Below, in pieces: positions 43,992 to 53,641 of a stretch of DNA of 58,047 bases. The DNA lies in assembly GCA_945889715.1 (NCBI GenBank), contig CAMDCI010000001.1, positions 1 to 58,047 on the forward strand. The letters run 5' to 3'. The position numbers and the translations under genes are program-made. How positions within the stretch are numbered: position 1 is the stretch's first letter; the number at the start of each line of letters is the position of its first letter. This stretch comes from Bifidobacterium breve. Its GTDB lineage: Bacteria > Actinomycetota > Acidimicrobiia > Acidimicrobiales > Ilumatobacteraceae. The notes under the pieces are model-generated. The model made no database searches. It saw only the letters and a program-made list of their open reading frames with translations, and was not told the origin of the DNA.

Positions 43992-46681
43992 GTGACGCAG
44001 ATCAGACATTGCTCGTTCTTGACGGCAACTCACTGACATACCGAGCCTTCTACGGAATACCCACCGACATGGTGACTGCAAGCGGTCAAGTGACCAACGC
44101 CGTGTACGGCATGACCTCAATGTTATTGACATTGTTGAAGGACCATCGACCAAGCGGGATTGTGGTGGCGTTCGACCGGCCAGAACCAACCTTTCGCCAC
44201 ATCGCTGAACCGTCTTATAAGGCCCAGCGCGAGGCGAGTCCCGACATTTTGCGTCAACAGATGGGCATCGTCAAAGAGTTACTCACGGCCATGGGCATTT
44301 CGATTTGTGAACTTTCTGGCTTCGAGGCAGATGACGTGATTGCCACCGTCGCCGATCAAGCTGTTGAAGTTGGATTCAAGGTCATCATTGTGACTGGCGA
44401 TCGTGATAGCTACCAACTCGTTCGCGACCCCCATGTACGCGTGCTTTACAACAAGCGTGGAGTTTCTGATTACGCGTTGTACGACGAGGCGGGCATTTTT
44501 GAAAGAACCGGAGTAACTCCGAAGCAGTACATCGCATACGCCGCGTTACGTGGTGATCCAAGTGACAACTTGCCTGGAGTTCCGGGAGTTGGCGAAAAGA
44601 CCGCCGCGAAACTGATCGCTACTTATGGCGGACTTGATGGGATTTTCGCTCACGCTGATGAACAAACTCCAAAGTTGAAAGCTTCGCTCATAGAAAACGA
44701 GCAACTCGCTCGCAAGAACGAAGACCTCATGACTCTTCGTCATGACGCGCCGATCGACGTTGACCTCACGAACTTGGCTGTCACCCCGAATGCGCCTGAA
44801 GTGGCTCGACTATTTGATTTCCTTGAGTTCAAGTCAATGCACAATCGATTTCGGGATGTTCTGCAGTTATTGGGACATAGCCCGGAAATCGCCACCTTTG
44901 TTGCGAAAACTGAAGTTGTCGAGTCTCAAGTTCTTCATGCAGAAGTAACGGATGCCAAATCGGTTAATGATGTTGTTGTCCTATTGAAATCTGATCGAGT
45001 TTTCAATATTTCTGCGCAGTGGAATGGTGAGCCGGGACGGTCCGATGTGATTGGGCTCGGAATCTCTGATGTTGTCGAACAATCGTCAACGATGTGGATA
45101 CCAGTTGCGTTATTGCGAAATAAAGAGGTGCAAAAAGCGCTTCAAACATGTGCATTTCGGGCCCATGATGCCAAACCAATCATGCGCAGTTTGTTGCATA
45201 TGGGGATCGATCTTCAGGGACTCGTTCTTGATACGGCGATTGCCGCCTACCTCATCGACCCGGCTCAGACAAAGTATTCGCTTGCTGATTTAGTCGTTAA
45301 ATACTCAGGGGTGCGGTATCCCGAAGATGACGCGGCTAGTTCGGGTCAACTCGATTTGGATGCCACTGGTGTTGATGATGCGCAACGGGCGGGTCGTGAT
45401 GCACTAGCAACTCACCATGTGAGTGAAGAACTGCTCAGGGCTCTTGATGCGCAAGGTATGCGATCGCTGTACGACGACATGGAAAACCCTCTCGTTCGTG
45501 TTCTTGCGCGCATGGAATTTTTAGGAATCGCCGTCGATCGCGAACAGTTAAAATCAATTGCGGCGCGCTTAACAGCTGAAGCCCGTGAATTGTCAGATCA
45601 GATTCAAACTCTTGCGGGATATCCGTTCAATCCAAATTCGACGGCACAACTCGGGAAGATTCTGTTTGAAGAGCGTGGCTTGAAACCCCCGAAAAAGACC
45701 AAGACCGGCTACTCAACTGATGCTGGGACCCTCGAAAAATTACGTGATGACTGGCCCGAATTTATTGATCCGTTAATGCGGTATCGCGAGATTGAAAAGC
45801 TTCGTGGTACTTACGGCGAAGGCTTGCTCGCCGTAGTCGCAGCCGATGGACGAATCCACGCCACGTTTAATCAAACGGTTGCTCGAACTGGTCGGCTTTC
45901 AAGCGATCAACCGAATCTGCATAACATTCCAACTCGTACCGAAGAAGGACGGGTATTTCGCACCGCTTTCGTGGCGTCACCTGGCTGTGAATTGATGGTC
46001 GCCGATTACAACCAGATCGAACTGCGTTGTATCGCTCACCTAGCCAACGATCCCGGATTGATTGAAGCATTCACGAGTGGTCAAGACGTTCATAGTGCAA
46101 CGGCAGCGCGAGTGTTCGGCGTTCTACAGAGTGATGTCACCTACGAACAACGATCGAAAGCCAAAATGGTGTCATACGGACTTGCGTACGGCATGGAAGC
46201 GTTTGGTCTCGGTCAACGCCTTGGCATCCGAACCGATGAAGCGGCTGAAATCCTCGATGCGTATTTCGTAGCCTTTCCGAATGTTCAGGCGTATATGGAT
46301 CGCACGGTTGCTGAAGCGAAGACTCGTGGATTCACTGAAACACTTTTTGGACGACGTCGGCGGATCCCCGAACTTGAAAATGCAAACTTCCGGATTCGCC
46401 AAGCGGGTGAACGTCAAGCGATGAACGCAGCGATTCAGGGTTTAGCTGCCGACATTTTCAAAATCGCGTTGATCAGGATCGATGCGGCCCTTAGCGCCGC
46501 TGATCTTGTGAGTCGTTTGGTGTTGCAGGTTCATGATGAAGTCATTGTTGAGGTTCCGCATGTTGAAAAGGACCAGGTTGAAAAATTGGTTCTTGAAATC
46601 ATGCACAACGCGACTGCTCTTGATGTACCCCTTGCGGTGAATTCGGCTTGGGGGGCAACTTGGGCCGAGGCCAAGTCGTAA
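43988..46681 (+). CDS. polA: DNA polymerase I
   Basis: 897-aa ORF with a 5'-nuclease domain (LLVLDGNSLTYRAFY; GDPSDNLPGVPGVGEKTA), motif A (MVADYNQIELR), motif B (RSKAKMVSYGLAYG), and motif C (LQVHDEV). The TTG start overlaps the upstream stop. Confidence 0.95.
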   Translation: MSDADQTLLVLDGNSLTYRAFYGIPTDMVTASGQVTNAVYGMTSMLLTLLKDHRPSGIVVAFDRPEPTFRHIAEPSYKAQREASPDILRQQMGIVKELLTAMGISICELSGFEADDVIATVADQAVEVGFKVIIVTGDRDSYQLVRDPHVRVLYNKRGVSDYALYDEAGIFERTGVTPKQYIAYAALRGDPSDNLPGVPGVGEKTAAKLIATYGGLDGIFAHADEQTPKLKASLIENEQLARKNEDLMTLRHDAPIDVDLTNLAVTPNAPEVARLFDFLEFKSMHNRFRDVLQLLGHSPEIATFVAKTEVVESQVLHAEVTDAKSVNDVVVLLKSDRVFNISAQWNGEPGRSDVIGLGISDVVEQSSTMWIPVALLRNKEVQKALQTCAFRAHDAKPIMRSLLHMGIDLQGLVLDTAIAAYLIDPAQTKYSLADLVVKYSGVRYPEDDAASSGQLDLDATGVDDAQRAGRDALATHHVSEELLRALDAQGMRSLYDDMENPLVRVLARMEFLGIAVDREQLKSIAARLTAEARELSDQIQTLAGYPFNPNSTAQLGKILFEERGLKPPKKTKTGYSTDAGTLEKLRDDWPEFIDPLMRYREIEKLRGTYGEGLLAVVAADGRIHATFNQTVARTGRLSSDQPNLHNIPTRTEEGRVFRTAFVASPGCELMVADYNQIELRCIAHLANDPGLIEAFTSGQDVHSATAARVFGVLQSDVTYEQRSKAKMVSYGLAYGMEAFGLGQRLGIRTDEAAEILDAYFVAFPNVQAYMDRTVAEAKTRGFTETLFGRRRRIPELENANFRIRQAGERQAMNAAIQGLAADIFKIALIRIDAALSAADLVSRLVLQVHDEVIVEVPHVEKDQVEKLVLEIMHNATALDVPLAVNSAWGATWAEAKS

Positions 46682-46697
46682 ATTTTGCTGGTGTTTG

Positions 46698-47465
46698 ATG
46701 ACTGATCACTGGTTTGAATCAATGGCGAGTCATATGGGCCGCGCCTACTTGCGGTATTCATTCACCAAGGGGACTGTTCAAGAAATCGACTTCTTGATGA
46801 AACATCTTGATCTCAAGCCCGGGCAGCGGGTTCTTGATGTGGGGTGTGGCCCAGGACGTCACGCCCACGAACTCGCTCGTCGCGGAGTGACTGTTCATGG
46901 AATTGATATCAGCCAGGACTTCATTGAAATTGCTCAAGAAGATGCCGTGGTGGGGTCATCCTTTGAACGGCTCGACGCTCGATCTCTTGGCACCGCCGAA
47001 CACCTCCGGGGATTCGACGCGGTGATCTGTCTGTGTCAGGGCGCTTTCGGTCTGATGACCGCTCAAGGCGACGATGAAGCCGTGGTGCGGGGAATGGGTG
47101 AATGCCTGCGGCCAGGTGGTCAGCTTGCATTGTCGGCATTTAACGCTTATTTCGCGGTGAAATACCACGTAGAAGCGACTTTTGACGCCTTGAACGGAGT
47201 GTCTCACGAAGTCACGGAAATCCGCAACAACGCCGGGGAGTCTCGGCAAGTTGATCTCTGGACTGGCTGTTACACACCCCGTGAATTGCGCCTTTTGTTG
47301 TCTCAGTGTGGATTGACCATCAACTCAATGTCGTCGGTCGAGCCTGGTGTCTATGGAGAAGTCCCGCCGAACCTTGAATCACCGGAGTTTTTGGTGCGAG
47401 CGACGAAGGACTCAACCAGTCTGGAAAATGGGTCGGGCGGGGGAATAGTGCCTCTGGACTGGTAA
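46698..47465 (+). CDS. Class I SAM-dependent methyltransferase
   Basis: It has motif I VLDVGCGPGRHA and a downstream LRPGGQLAL. I chose the ATG at 46698; a TTG at 46695 is an alternative. Confidence 0.75.
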   Translation: MTDHWFESMASHMGRAYLRYSFTKGTVQEIDFLMKHLDLKPGQRVLDVGCGPGRHAHELARRGVTVHGIDISQDFIEIAQEDAVVGSSFERLDARSLGTAEHLRGFDAVICLCQGAFGLMTAQGDDEAVVRGMGECLRPGGQLALSAFNAYFAVKYHVEATFDALNGVSHEVTEIRNNAGESRQVDLWTGCYTPRELRLLLSQCGLTINSMSSVEPGVYGEVPPNLESPEFLVRATKDSTSLENGSGGGIVPLDW

Positions 47466-47561
47466 CTTTGCAGGGTTCTGCCGTTCGGTCGAACATGTCC
47501 CTGTCCAATCAACGGCGATTCCAAAAGTTGGGTTCGTCGTTCTTATGAAAGTGAATTTCCC

Positions 47562-48896
47562 TTGTCCGACACTCTGAGCCCCTCCACGTCAATTTCCTCT
47601 GCAATGGGAACATTCGACGCTGAAGGAAATTACGTTCCCCGCCAAATTACTGAAAACGACCTAGTTGGTTCATTCGCCGATGCGATTGAAGGCACCATGG
47701 TTGAAGTCGAAGACGGTCAAGTCGTTTTCGGAATTGTTGTAAAGATCGACAAAGACGAAGTTCTTCTCGATATTGGCTACAAGAGTGAAGGTGTTATTCC
47801 CTTACGTGAACTCAGCATTCGTAACGATGTTGATCCCGGCGAAATCGTCAAGTTAGGCGAGCAGGTCGAAGCTTTAGTTCTGACTAAAGAAGACAAAGAA
47901 GGTCGTTTGATTCTCTCCAAGAAGCGCGCTCAGTACGAGCGGGCCTGGGGAACAATTGAAAAGAAGAAAGAAAACGAAGAAATGGTCGAAGGCCTCGTCA
48001 TCGAGGTTGTCAAGGGTGGACTCATCGTTGACATCGGCTTGCGTGGCTTCTTGCCAGCTTCACTCGTTGAATTGCGCCGTGTTCGCGACCTGTTGCCGTA
48101 CGTTGGCAAAGTGTTGCAGGCCAAGATCATTGAACTCGACAAAAACCGCAACAACGTGGTCTTGTCACGTCGTGCGTACCTCGAAGAGACCCAGAAAGAA
48201 GCTCGAGATGGCTTCTTGACCAATCTCAAGGTTGGCGATGTTCGCGAGGGTGTCGTTTCGAGCGTTGTTGCCTTTGGTGCATTCGTTGATCTCGGCGGTA
48301 TGGACGGACTCATCCACGTGAGTGAATTGTCCTGGAATCATGTCGATCACCCAGGTTCAGTTGTCGCCATCGGTGACAAGGTCACCGTCAAGGTTCTTGA
48401 CATCGACTACGAGCGTGAGCGCATCAGCTTGTCACGCAAGCAGACCGAAAAAGATCCGTGGGAAGTCTTCGCATCGGGTCACGAAGTTGGCCAACTCGTC
48501 TACGGCCGGGTCACCAAGTTGGTTCCATTTGGTGGATTCGTTCAGGTTGGCGAAGGTATCGAAGGTCTTGTGCACATTTCAGAAATGAGCACCCAGCACG
48601 TCGAAGCTCCCGAGCAAGTTGTGACTCCAGGCGAAGAGTTGTGGGTCAAGATCATCGATCTCGATCTCGCTCGTCGTCGCATCAGCCTCAGCATCAAGCA
48701 GGCTGCCGAAGGTGGAGAACTTGCTGAGGAATACCGTAAGCATTTCGAAGTTGACGAGCACGGAAATTGGTCAGCTGGTGCCGATGATGCTTCACGTGAA
48801 GCAACGTGGGCCGAGTACTACGGCGAAGGTGAAGAAGGCGCTGCTGCCGCAGCAGCCGCAGCCGCTGCTGCAGCTGCAACCGCACCAGAGGCCTGA
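47562..48896 (+). CDS. rpsA: 30S ribosomal protein S1
   Basis: 444-aa ORF with four S1/OB repeats (for example LLDIGYKSEGVIPLRELS; GFLPASLV; GLIHVSELSW; GLVHISEMS). The C-terminal tail has a 13-codon Ala run. The TTG start is uncertain. Confidence 0.9.
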   Translation: MSDTLSPSTSISSAMGTFDAEGNYVPRQITENDLVGSFADAIEGTMVEVEDGQVVFGIVVKIDKDEVLLDIGYKSEGVIPLRELSIRNDVDPGEIVKLGEQVEALVLTKEDKEGRLILSKKRAQYERAWGTIEKKKENEEMVEGLVIEVVKGGLIVDIGLRGFLPASLVELRRVRDLLPYVGKVLQAKIIELDKNRNNVVLSRRAYLEETQKEARDGFLTNLKVGDVREGVVSSVVAFGAFVDLGGMDGLIHVSELSWNHVDHPGSVVAIGDKVTVKVLDIDYERERISLSRKQTEKDPWEVFASGHEVGQLVYGRVTKLVPFGGFVQVGEGIEGLVHISEMSTQHVEAPEQVVTPGEELWVKIIDLDLARRRISLSIKQAAEGGELAEEYRKHFEVDEHGNWSAGADDASREATWAEYYGEGEEGAAAAAAAAAAAAATAPEA

Positions 48897-48907
48897 ACAC
48901 TCGGGGC

Positions 48908-49540
48908 TCACGGTCCGATTTTAATGATTCCAATTTTGACCGCCCGGATGACTGCATGAGTGCGGTCCCGGGCGTCAATTTTTTCATAGATCGATGCGAG
49001 GTGGTTCTTCACTGTCTTCTGGCTGATGAACAAGGTGTTCGCAATTTCGGGAGTTGAATGTCCCTCGGCAAGAAGTTGTAGCACTTCCATTTCGCGTTCG
49101 CTGAGTGCCGACGGTTGAATCACTTGTTGATCTTCAGCCTCTTGTAACAAGGCGTGGGCAAATTCTGGCGAAATGATCACATCTCCATTGCAGGCCAGAT
49201 TCAGGGCGCGCAAAACGTCGTCGAATGTTGCATCTTTGGTGAGATATCCAACCGCTCCAGCTTTTAATGATTGACGAACGAGATCAATTTCTGCGTGCAT
49301 TGTCAGCATCAACACCCGTTGGCGCGCGTCGGCTTCCATGATGGCGCGACACGCTGTGATTCCATCTCCTTCTCCCATAGAGATATCCATCAAGATGACG
49401 TCGGGTCGTGTAGTGAGGGCCGCCGAGACTGCACTTATTCCATCGGCTACATCGGCGACTACTTCATGTCCTAGTTCTTCAAATTGACGTTTCAGTGATT
49501 GTCGCAATAAGTGGTGGTCATCGACCAACATGATCCTCAT
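48908..49540 (-). CDS. NarL/LuxR-family response regulator
   Basis: 210-aa ORF with a REC domain (RIMLVDDHH...DVILMDISM) and a LuxR helix-turn-helix (LSEREMEVLQLLAEGHSTPEIANTLFISQKTVKNHL). Confidence 0.9.
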   Translation of the reverse strand: MRIMLVDDHHLLRQSLKRQFEELGHEVVADVADGISAVSAALTTRPDVILMDISMGEGDGITACRAIMEADARQRVLMLTMHAEIDLVRQSLKAGAVGYLTKDATFDDVLRALNLACNGDVIISPEFAHALLQEAEDQQVIQPSALSEREMEVLQLLAEGHSTPEIANTLFISQKTVKNHLASIYEKIDARDRTHAVIRAVKIGIIKIGP

Positions 49541-50850
49541 TGCGACTTGTTTCCTGGATCGTTCAACACGTCAATTGGAATGCTGATCACGACTTCGGTT
49601 CCATAATTTTGGTCGGATAACGGAGAAACAATGACAATTTCGGCACCGATACTTTCGGCCCGCTCAAACATGCCAGTTATTCCATACGCGTCTTGGCGAT
49701 TGTTGTCCGAATTTAAGCCGATTCCGTTGTCGATAATCGACACTGTCCAAAGTTTGTCGCCAGTGGATGTGGTGACAAAAACTTGTGATCCTTGTGAGTG
49801 CCGTTCAGCATTAAGGATCGCCTCTTTCATCATTTCCCATATCTCATGAGTGAGATATGAATCCCCGATAAATGGGACTGAAAACTCACATTTAACTTTG
49901 ATGTCAGTTCTAGCGCTGACGCGTTCAGCGAATTCACGAACTGTTTCGCTCAAGGAGTTTTGTCCGTCTTGGCCAGTTCTGAGGTCGTACAACATCTCAC
50001 GAACTTCACTAACTGTGCGACTCACCTGCTCGCGAATCTCTGAAAGCTCGATTTGTTTTTCAGATGAATTCTCATTGCGGATGAGGCGGTCAAGTTCAAG
50101 ACCTATGAACGCCAAAGTACTTCCGGTGCGATCATGCAAATCGCGCGCAATACGTAATCTTTCTTCAGAAGCACTTTGCTGCCGAATATCGCGAAATAAA
50201 CGTGCGTTGTCAACGGCAACACCGAGCGCATCAGCGATTCCAGTCAGAGTTTGTGTTTGCTGCATGACATCTTTTGGCTGACGCCATTCAGCGGCGATGA
50301 GACCAACCACGAATCCTCGTGAACGGAGAGCGCAATATGCACCGATGCTTGCTTCATCGGCGAATCCCCGAAGTGTCGGTGAAAGATCGGAGGACACGCT
50401 GTGGTTGTAATCGAGGGCCTGAGCGATGTGACGAGGAAGAGAATCAATTTCAAGATGCATTTGCTGAGCAGAGCCACGTCCGCGCACAATGAACATCGCT
50501 GTTCCAGCAGTCTTCGTGAGCAAGATCGTCACAATGTCAGATCCGATGAGTTCTTGTACTTGGGTAACCCCTTGATCTAAGACTTTCTCTAGGTCAAACG
50601 ATGATGGGAGGGTGATCGCAATTTTTTGCAATGAGAGAAGAATCTGATTCGCAGTTGAGAGTCGCTCAAGATGATCGCGGTCAACAAGTTGACGCCTCTC
50701 GATTCCGGTGGACTGTTGAACCTGATTTTGACGACGGTCGACCAAAGGCCACGACAATTCACCGGTCTGATCTTGTCCTGCGACTGCCCTCATTGAGGGA
50801 TGATTGGCGGCTGGTTTTTTGCGACCCCGAGCAATCCTGCGTTCGTCCAC
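49537..50850 (-). CDS. GAF-domain sensor histidine kinase (HisKA_3/NarX-DesK type)
   Basis: 437-aa ORF with a GAF-like region, the H-box ERLRIARDLHDRTGSTL, and an HATPase_c region (NAERHS...IIDNGIG...GITGMFERA). The stop overlaps the regulator start. Confidence 0.8.
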   Translation of the reverse strand: MDERRIARGRKKPAANHPSMRAVAGQDQTGELSWPLVDRRQNQVQQSTGIERRQLVDRDHLERLSTANQILLSLQKIAITLPSSFDLEKVLDQGVTQVQELIGSDIVTILLTKTAGTAMFIVRGRGSAQQMHLEIDSLPRHIAQALDYNHSVSSDLSPTLRGFADEASIGAYCALRSRGFVVGLIAAEWRQPKDVMQQTQTLTGIADALGVAVDNARLFRDIRQQSASEERLRIARDLHDRTGSTLAFIGLELDRLIRNENSSEKQIELSEIREQVSRTVSEVREMLYDLRTGQDGQNSLSETVREFAERVSARTDIKVKCEFSVPFIGDSYLTHEIWEMMKEAILNAERHSQGSQVFVTTSTGDKLWTVSIIDNGIGLNSDNNRQDAYGITGMFERAESIGAEIVIVSPLSDQNYGTEVVISIPIDVLNDPGNKSQ

Positions 50851-50893
50851 GAATAGTTAGAGTACCTGGCAGCCAATGCCGTAGCGTGACGTT

Positions 50894-51559
50894 GTGATTC
50901 TTGTTGGACTTACCGGTGGTATCGGATCTGGAAAATCAACCGTTTCGTTGTTGCTCGAAGGCAAAGGCGCGATCATTATCGATGCTGATGCAATCGTGCG
51001 TGAGGTCCAATTGCCGGGGTCTCCTGTGTTGACTGAATTGGCTGCCAAGTTTGGCTCAGAAGTCCTGGCAGTCGATGGTTCTTTAGATCGTCAAGCAGTC
51101 GCCAACATTGTTTTTACCGATCCGGACGCCCTGAAGGCGCTCAATGCGATCGTCCATCCCGCGGTCGGCAAAGAGATGAACCGGCGCATGATTGAGCAGC
51201 GAGCGACTGATCGTGTCGTCATTCTTGATATCCCGTTACTGACCGAAAATCCGCGTGAAGGGTTACAAGGAAAAATCGTTGTCGACGTTCCGGTCGAGGT
51301 CCAGGTTGAAAGGCTAGTCAAATTCCGGGGTTTCGCTGAAGAAGACGCATTGGCTCGTATCAGTCGGCAGGCCACCAGAGAACAACGTTTAGAGACAGCC
51401 GATTTCGTCATTGACAACAGCGGTGATGTTGAAAGTCTGTCTGCCCAAATCGACAAATTATGGACGTGGTTGGTCTCGCTCCCGCAACTTCCAGCCGACT
51501 ACGAACCTATTACTCCGACGCCAAATGCCGGACCCAAGTCTCCGAACAACAACACATGA
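50894..51559 (+). CDS. coaE: Dephospho-CoA kinase
   Basis: The N-terminus [15 protein letters not shown] (P-loop) and IIDADAI are present, with a short ~25-aa Pro-rich C-terminal extension. GTG start. Confidence 0.85.
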   Translation: MILVGLTGGIGSGKSTVSLLLEGKGAIIIDADAIVREVQLPGSPVLTELAAKFGSEVLAVDGSLDRQAVANIVFTDPDALKALNAIVHPAVGKEMNRRMIEQRATDRVVILDIPLLTENPREGLQGKIVVDVPVEVQVERLVKFRGFAEEDALARISRQATREQRLETADFVIDNSGDVESLSAQIDKLWTWLVSLPQLPADYEPITPTPNAGPKSPNNNT

Positions 51560-53607
51560 GTGAATTAGTTTCTGTTGAAGAAAACATTCCGTTTCGGGTG
51601 GTCTCTGACTATTCGCCGGCTGGTGATCAACCCAAGGCCATCGCTGAGTTAACCGCCGGCATTGATTCTGGTTTGCGGTTCCAAACATTGCTTGGAATTA
51701 CCGGTTCAGGTAAAAGTGCGACGATTGCTTGGACTATTGAAAATACTCAACGACCAACTTTGATTCTTGCCCCTAACAAGAGTTTGGCTGCGCAACTCGC
51801 CCAAGAAATGATGGAGTTCTTTCCTGATAATCGGGTGGAATATTTCGTCTCTTATTACGACTACTACCAACCTGAGGCGTACATCGCTGCGTCGGATACG
51901 TTTATTGAAAAGGATTCGTCAATTAATGACGACATTGATCGCTTGCGTCACTCGGCGACCGCTGCATTGTTGACTCGTCGAGACACGATTGTCGTGGCTT
52001 CAGTTTCATGCATATACGGAATGGGTGACCCTGATGAATATCGCGGTCAACTCTTAGAACTTCACACCAACGTCGATTATGACATGCGCAGTATTTTGCG
52101 TCGCCTTGTTGATTTGCAATACGACCGTAATGACATGAGTCTTGGGCGTGGCAAATTTCGGGTCAGAGGCGACACCATAGAGATTCACCCTGCGTACGAA
52201 GAATCTGTCCTGCGCGTAGAAATGTTTGGCGACACAGTAGAACGCCTCACCATGATCGACCCGTTGACCGGAGAAACGTTACGAGAGTTGAATCGGACCG
52301 TCGTATTTCCGGCTACTCATTATGTCGCGGGTGACGAACGAATGCGGCGAGCAGTGGTGGGAATCGAAAGTGAGTTGCAAGAGCGCCTCGCCTTTTTTGA
52401 GGCTGAGGGAAAACTTCTGGAAGCCCAGAGATTACGCATGCGCACTCAGTACGACCTCGAAATGATGCAAGAGGTCGGTTATTGCAATGGCATCGAGAAC
52501 TACTCAAGACATATTGACGGACGTCAGTCTGGAGAGCCCCCGTTTACTTTGCTTGACTACTTTCCGAAAGACTTCTTGTTAGTGATCGACGAAAGTCACG
52601 TAGCGGTGCCGCAGTTGCACGGCCAATTTGCGGGAGACCGAAGCCGCAAAGACATACTCGTTGAACACGGATTTCGCTTGCCAAGTGCTCGTGATAATCG
52701 GCCGCTGCATTTTGAAGAAGTAGTTGAACGCGTTAATCAATGTGTCTTTCTTTCGGCTACGCCAAGTCCTTATGAGATCAAGATTTCGCAGCAGGTCGTT
52801 GAACAGATTGTGCGCCCAACCGGTCTGGTCGACCCTGAAGTCATTATTAAGCCGACGAAAGGTCAGATCGATGACCTAATGGATCAAGTGAACAAACGAG
52901 TCACTATGGGTGACCGCGTTCTGATAACGACATTGACTAAGAAGATGGCTGAAGATCTCACGGAGTATCTTCTCGAGCAGGGAATGCGGGTACGTTACCT
53001 CCACTCCAATATTGACACCATTCAACGTATTGAGATTCTTCGAGGTTTGCGTTTAGGTGAATTTGACGTGCTCGTTGGTATCAACTTGTTGCGTGAAGGA
53101 CTCGACCTTCCTGAGGTCAGTCTTGTGGCCATTCTTGATGCCGATAAAGAAGGGTTCTTGCGAAGTGAAACGTCGTTGATTCAAATGATCGGTCGAGCAG
53201 CCCGAAATGTTGATGGTCAAGTAGTCATGTACGCAGATCGCGTGACGCCATCTATGGAAAAAGCAATATCGGAAACGAATCGACGGCGTCAGTTGCAGGT
53301 TGCTTACAACCTCGAACACGGTATTAATCCCCAAACAATTCGCAAAGCTGTTAGCGATATTTTGGCTCTCTTGCATATTGGAGGAGATGATTCGGCTCCC
53401 GTGCCCGGTAAAGATCGACGTCGTCAGAAAGAACGCGACAAGGTCAAGAGTGAATTGCGTACGCTTCCACAACAAGAACTGTCACGTTTAGTGCTGACTC
53501 TGGAACAAGAAATGCAGGAAGCAGCAGCTGACCTAAAGTTTGAATACGCGGCGCGATTGCGTGACGAAATCAACGATCTACGGCGCCAAATTCGAGATGC
53601 TGGTTAA
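51556..53607 (+). CDS. uvrB: Excinuclease ABC subunit B
   Basis: It has [39 protein letters not shown], and the C-terminal UVR motif [10 protein letters not shown] chose the ATG at 51556, which overlaps the coaE stop (ATGA), over the 51460 extension. Confidence 0.95.
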   Translation: MSELVSVEENIPFRVVSDYSPAGDQPKAIAELTAGIDSGLRFQTLLGITGSGKSATIAWTIENTQRPTLILAPNKSLAAQLAQEMMEFFPDNRVEYFVSYYDYYQPEAYIAASDTFIEKDSSINDDIDRLRHSATAALLTRRDTIVVASVSCIYGMGDPDEYRGQLLELHTNVDYDMRSILRRLVDLQYDRNDMSLGRGKFRVRGDTIEIHPAYEESVLRVEMFGDTVERLTMIDPLTGETLRELNRTVVFPATHYVAGDERMRRAVVGIESELQERLAFFEAEGKLLEAQRLRMRTQYDLEMMQEVGYCNGIENYSRHIDGRQSGEPPFTLLDYFPKDFLLVIDESHVAVPQLHGQFAGDRSRKDILVEHGFRLPSARDNRPLHFEEVVERVNQCVFLSATPSPYEIKISQQVVEQIVRPTGLVDPEVIIKPTKGQIDDLMDQVNKRVTMGDRVLITTLTKKMAEDLTEYLLEQGMRVRYLHSNIDTIQRIEILRGLRLGEFDVLVGINLLREGLDLPEVSLVAILDADKEGFLRSETSLIQMIGRAARNVDGQVVMYADRVTPSMEKAISETNRRRQLQVAYNLEHGINPQTIRKAVSDILALLHIGGDDSAPVPGKDRRRQKERDKVKSELRTLPQQELSRLVLTLEQEMQEAAADLKFEYAARLRDEINDLRRQIRDAG

Positions 53608-53641
53608 GGCATGGGCTCATTCAAGTCACTAACCTTCGCTC

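Noticed and set aside
47930-48313. A 127-aa minus-strand ORF, plus other antisense or alternate-frame ORFs inside rpsA, polA, uvrA, fabD and elsewhere
   Set aside because: They are nested within long genes that have unambiguous family motifs. Their Ser/Arg/Pro-rich compositions are typical of off-frame translation at this GC content.
51460-53607. A 715-aa version of uvrB starting at 51460
   Set aside because: The extra 32 aa overlap the coaE 3' end. The ATG at 51556 gives the standard UvrB N-terminus and an ATGA overlap with the coaE stop.
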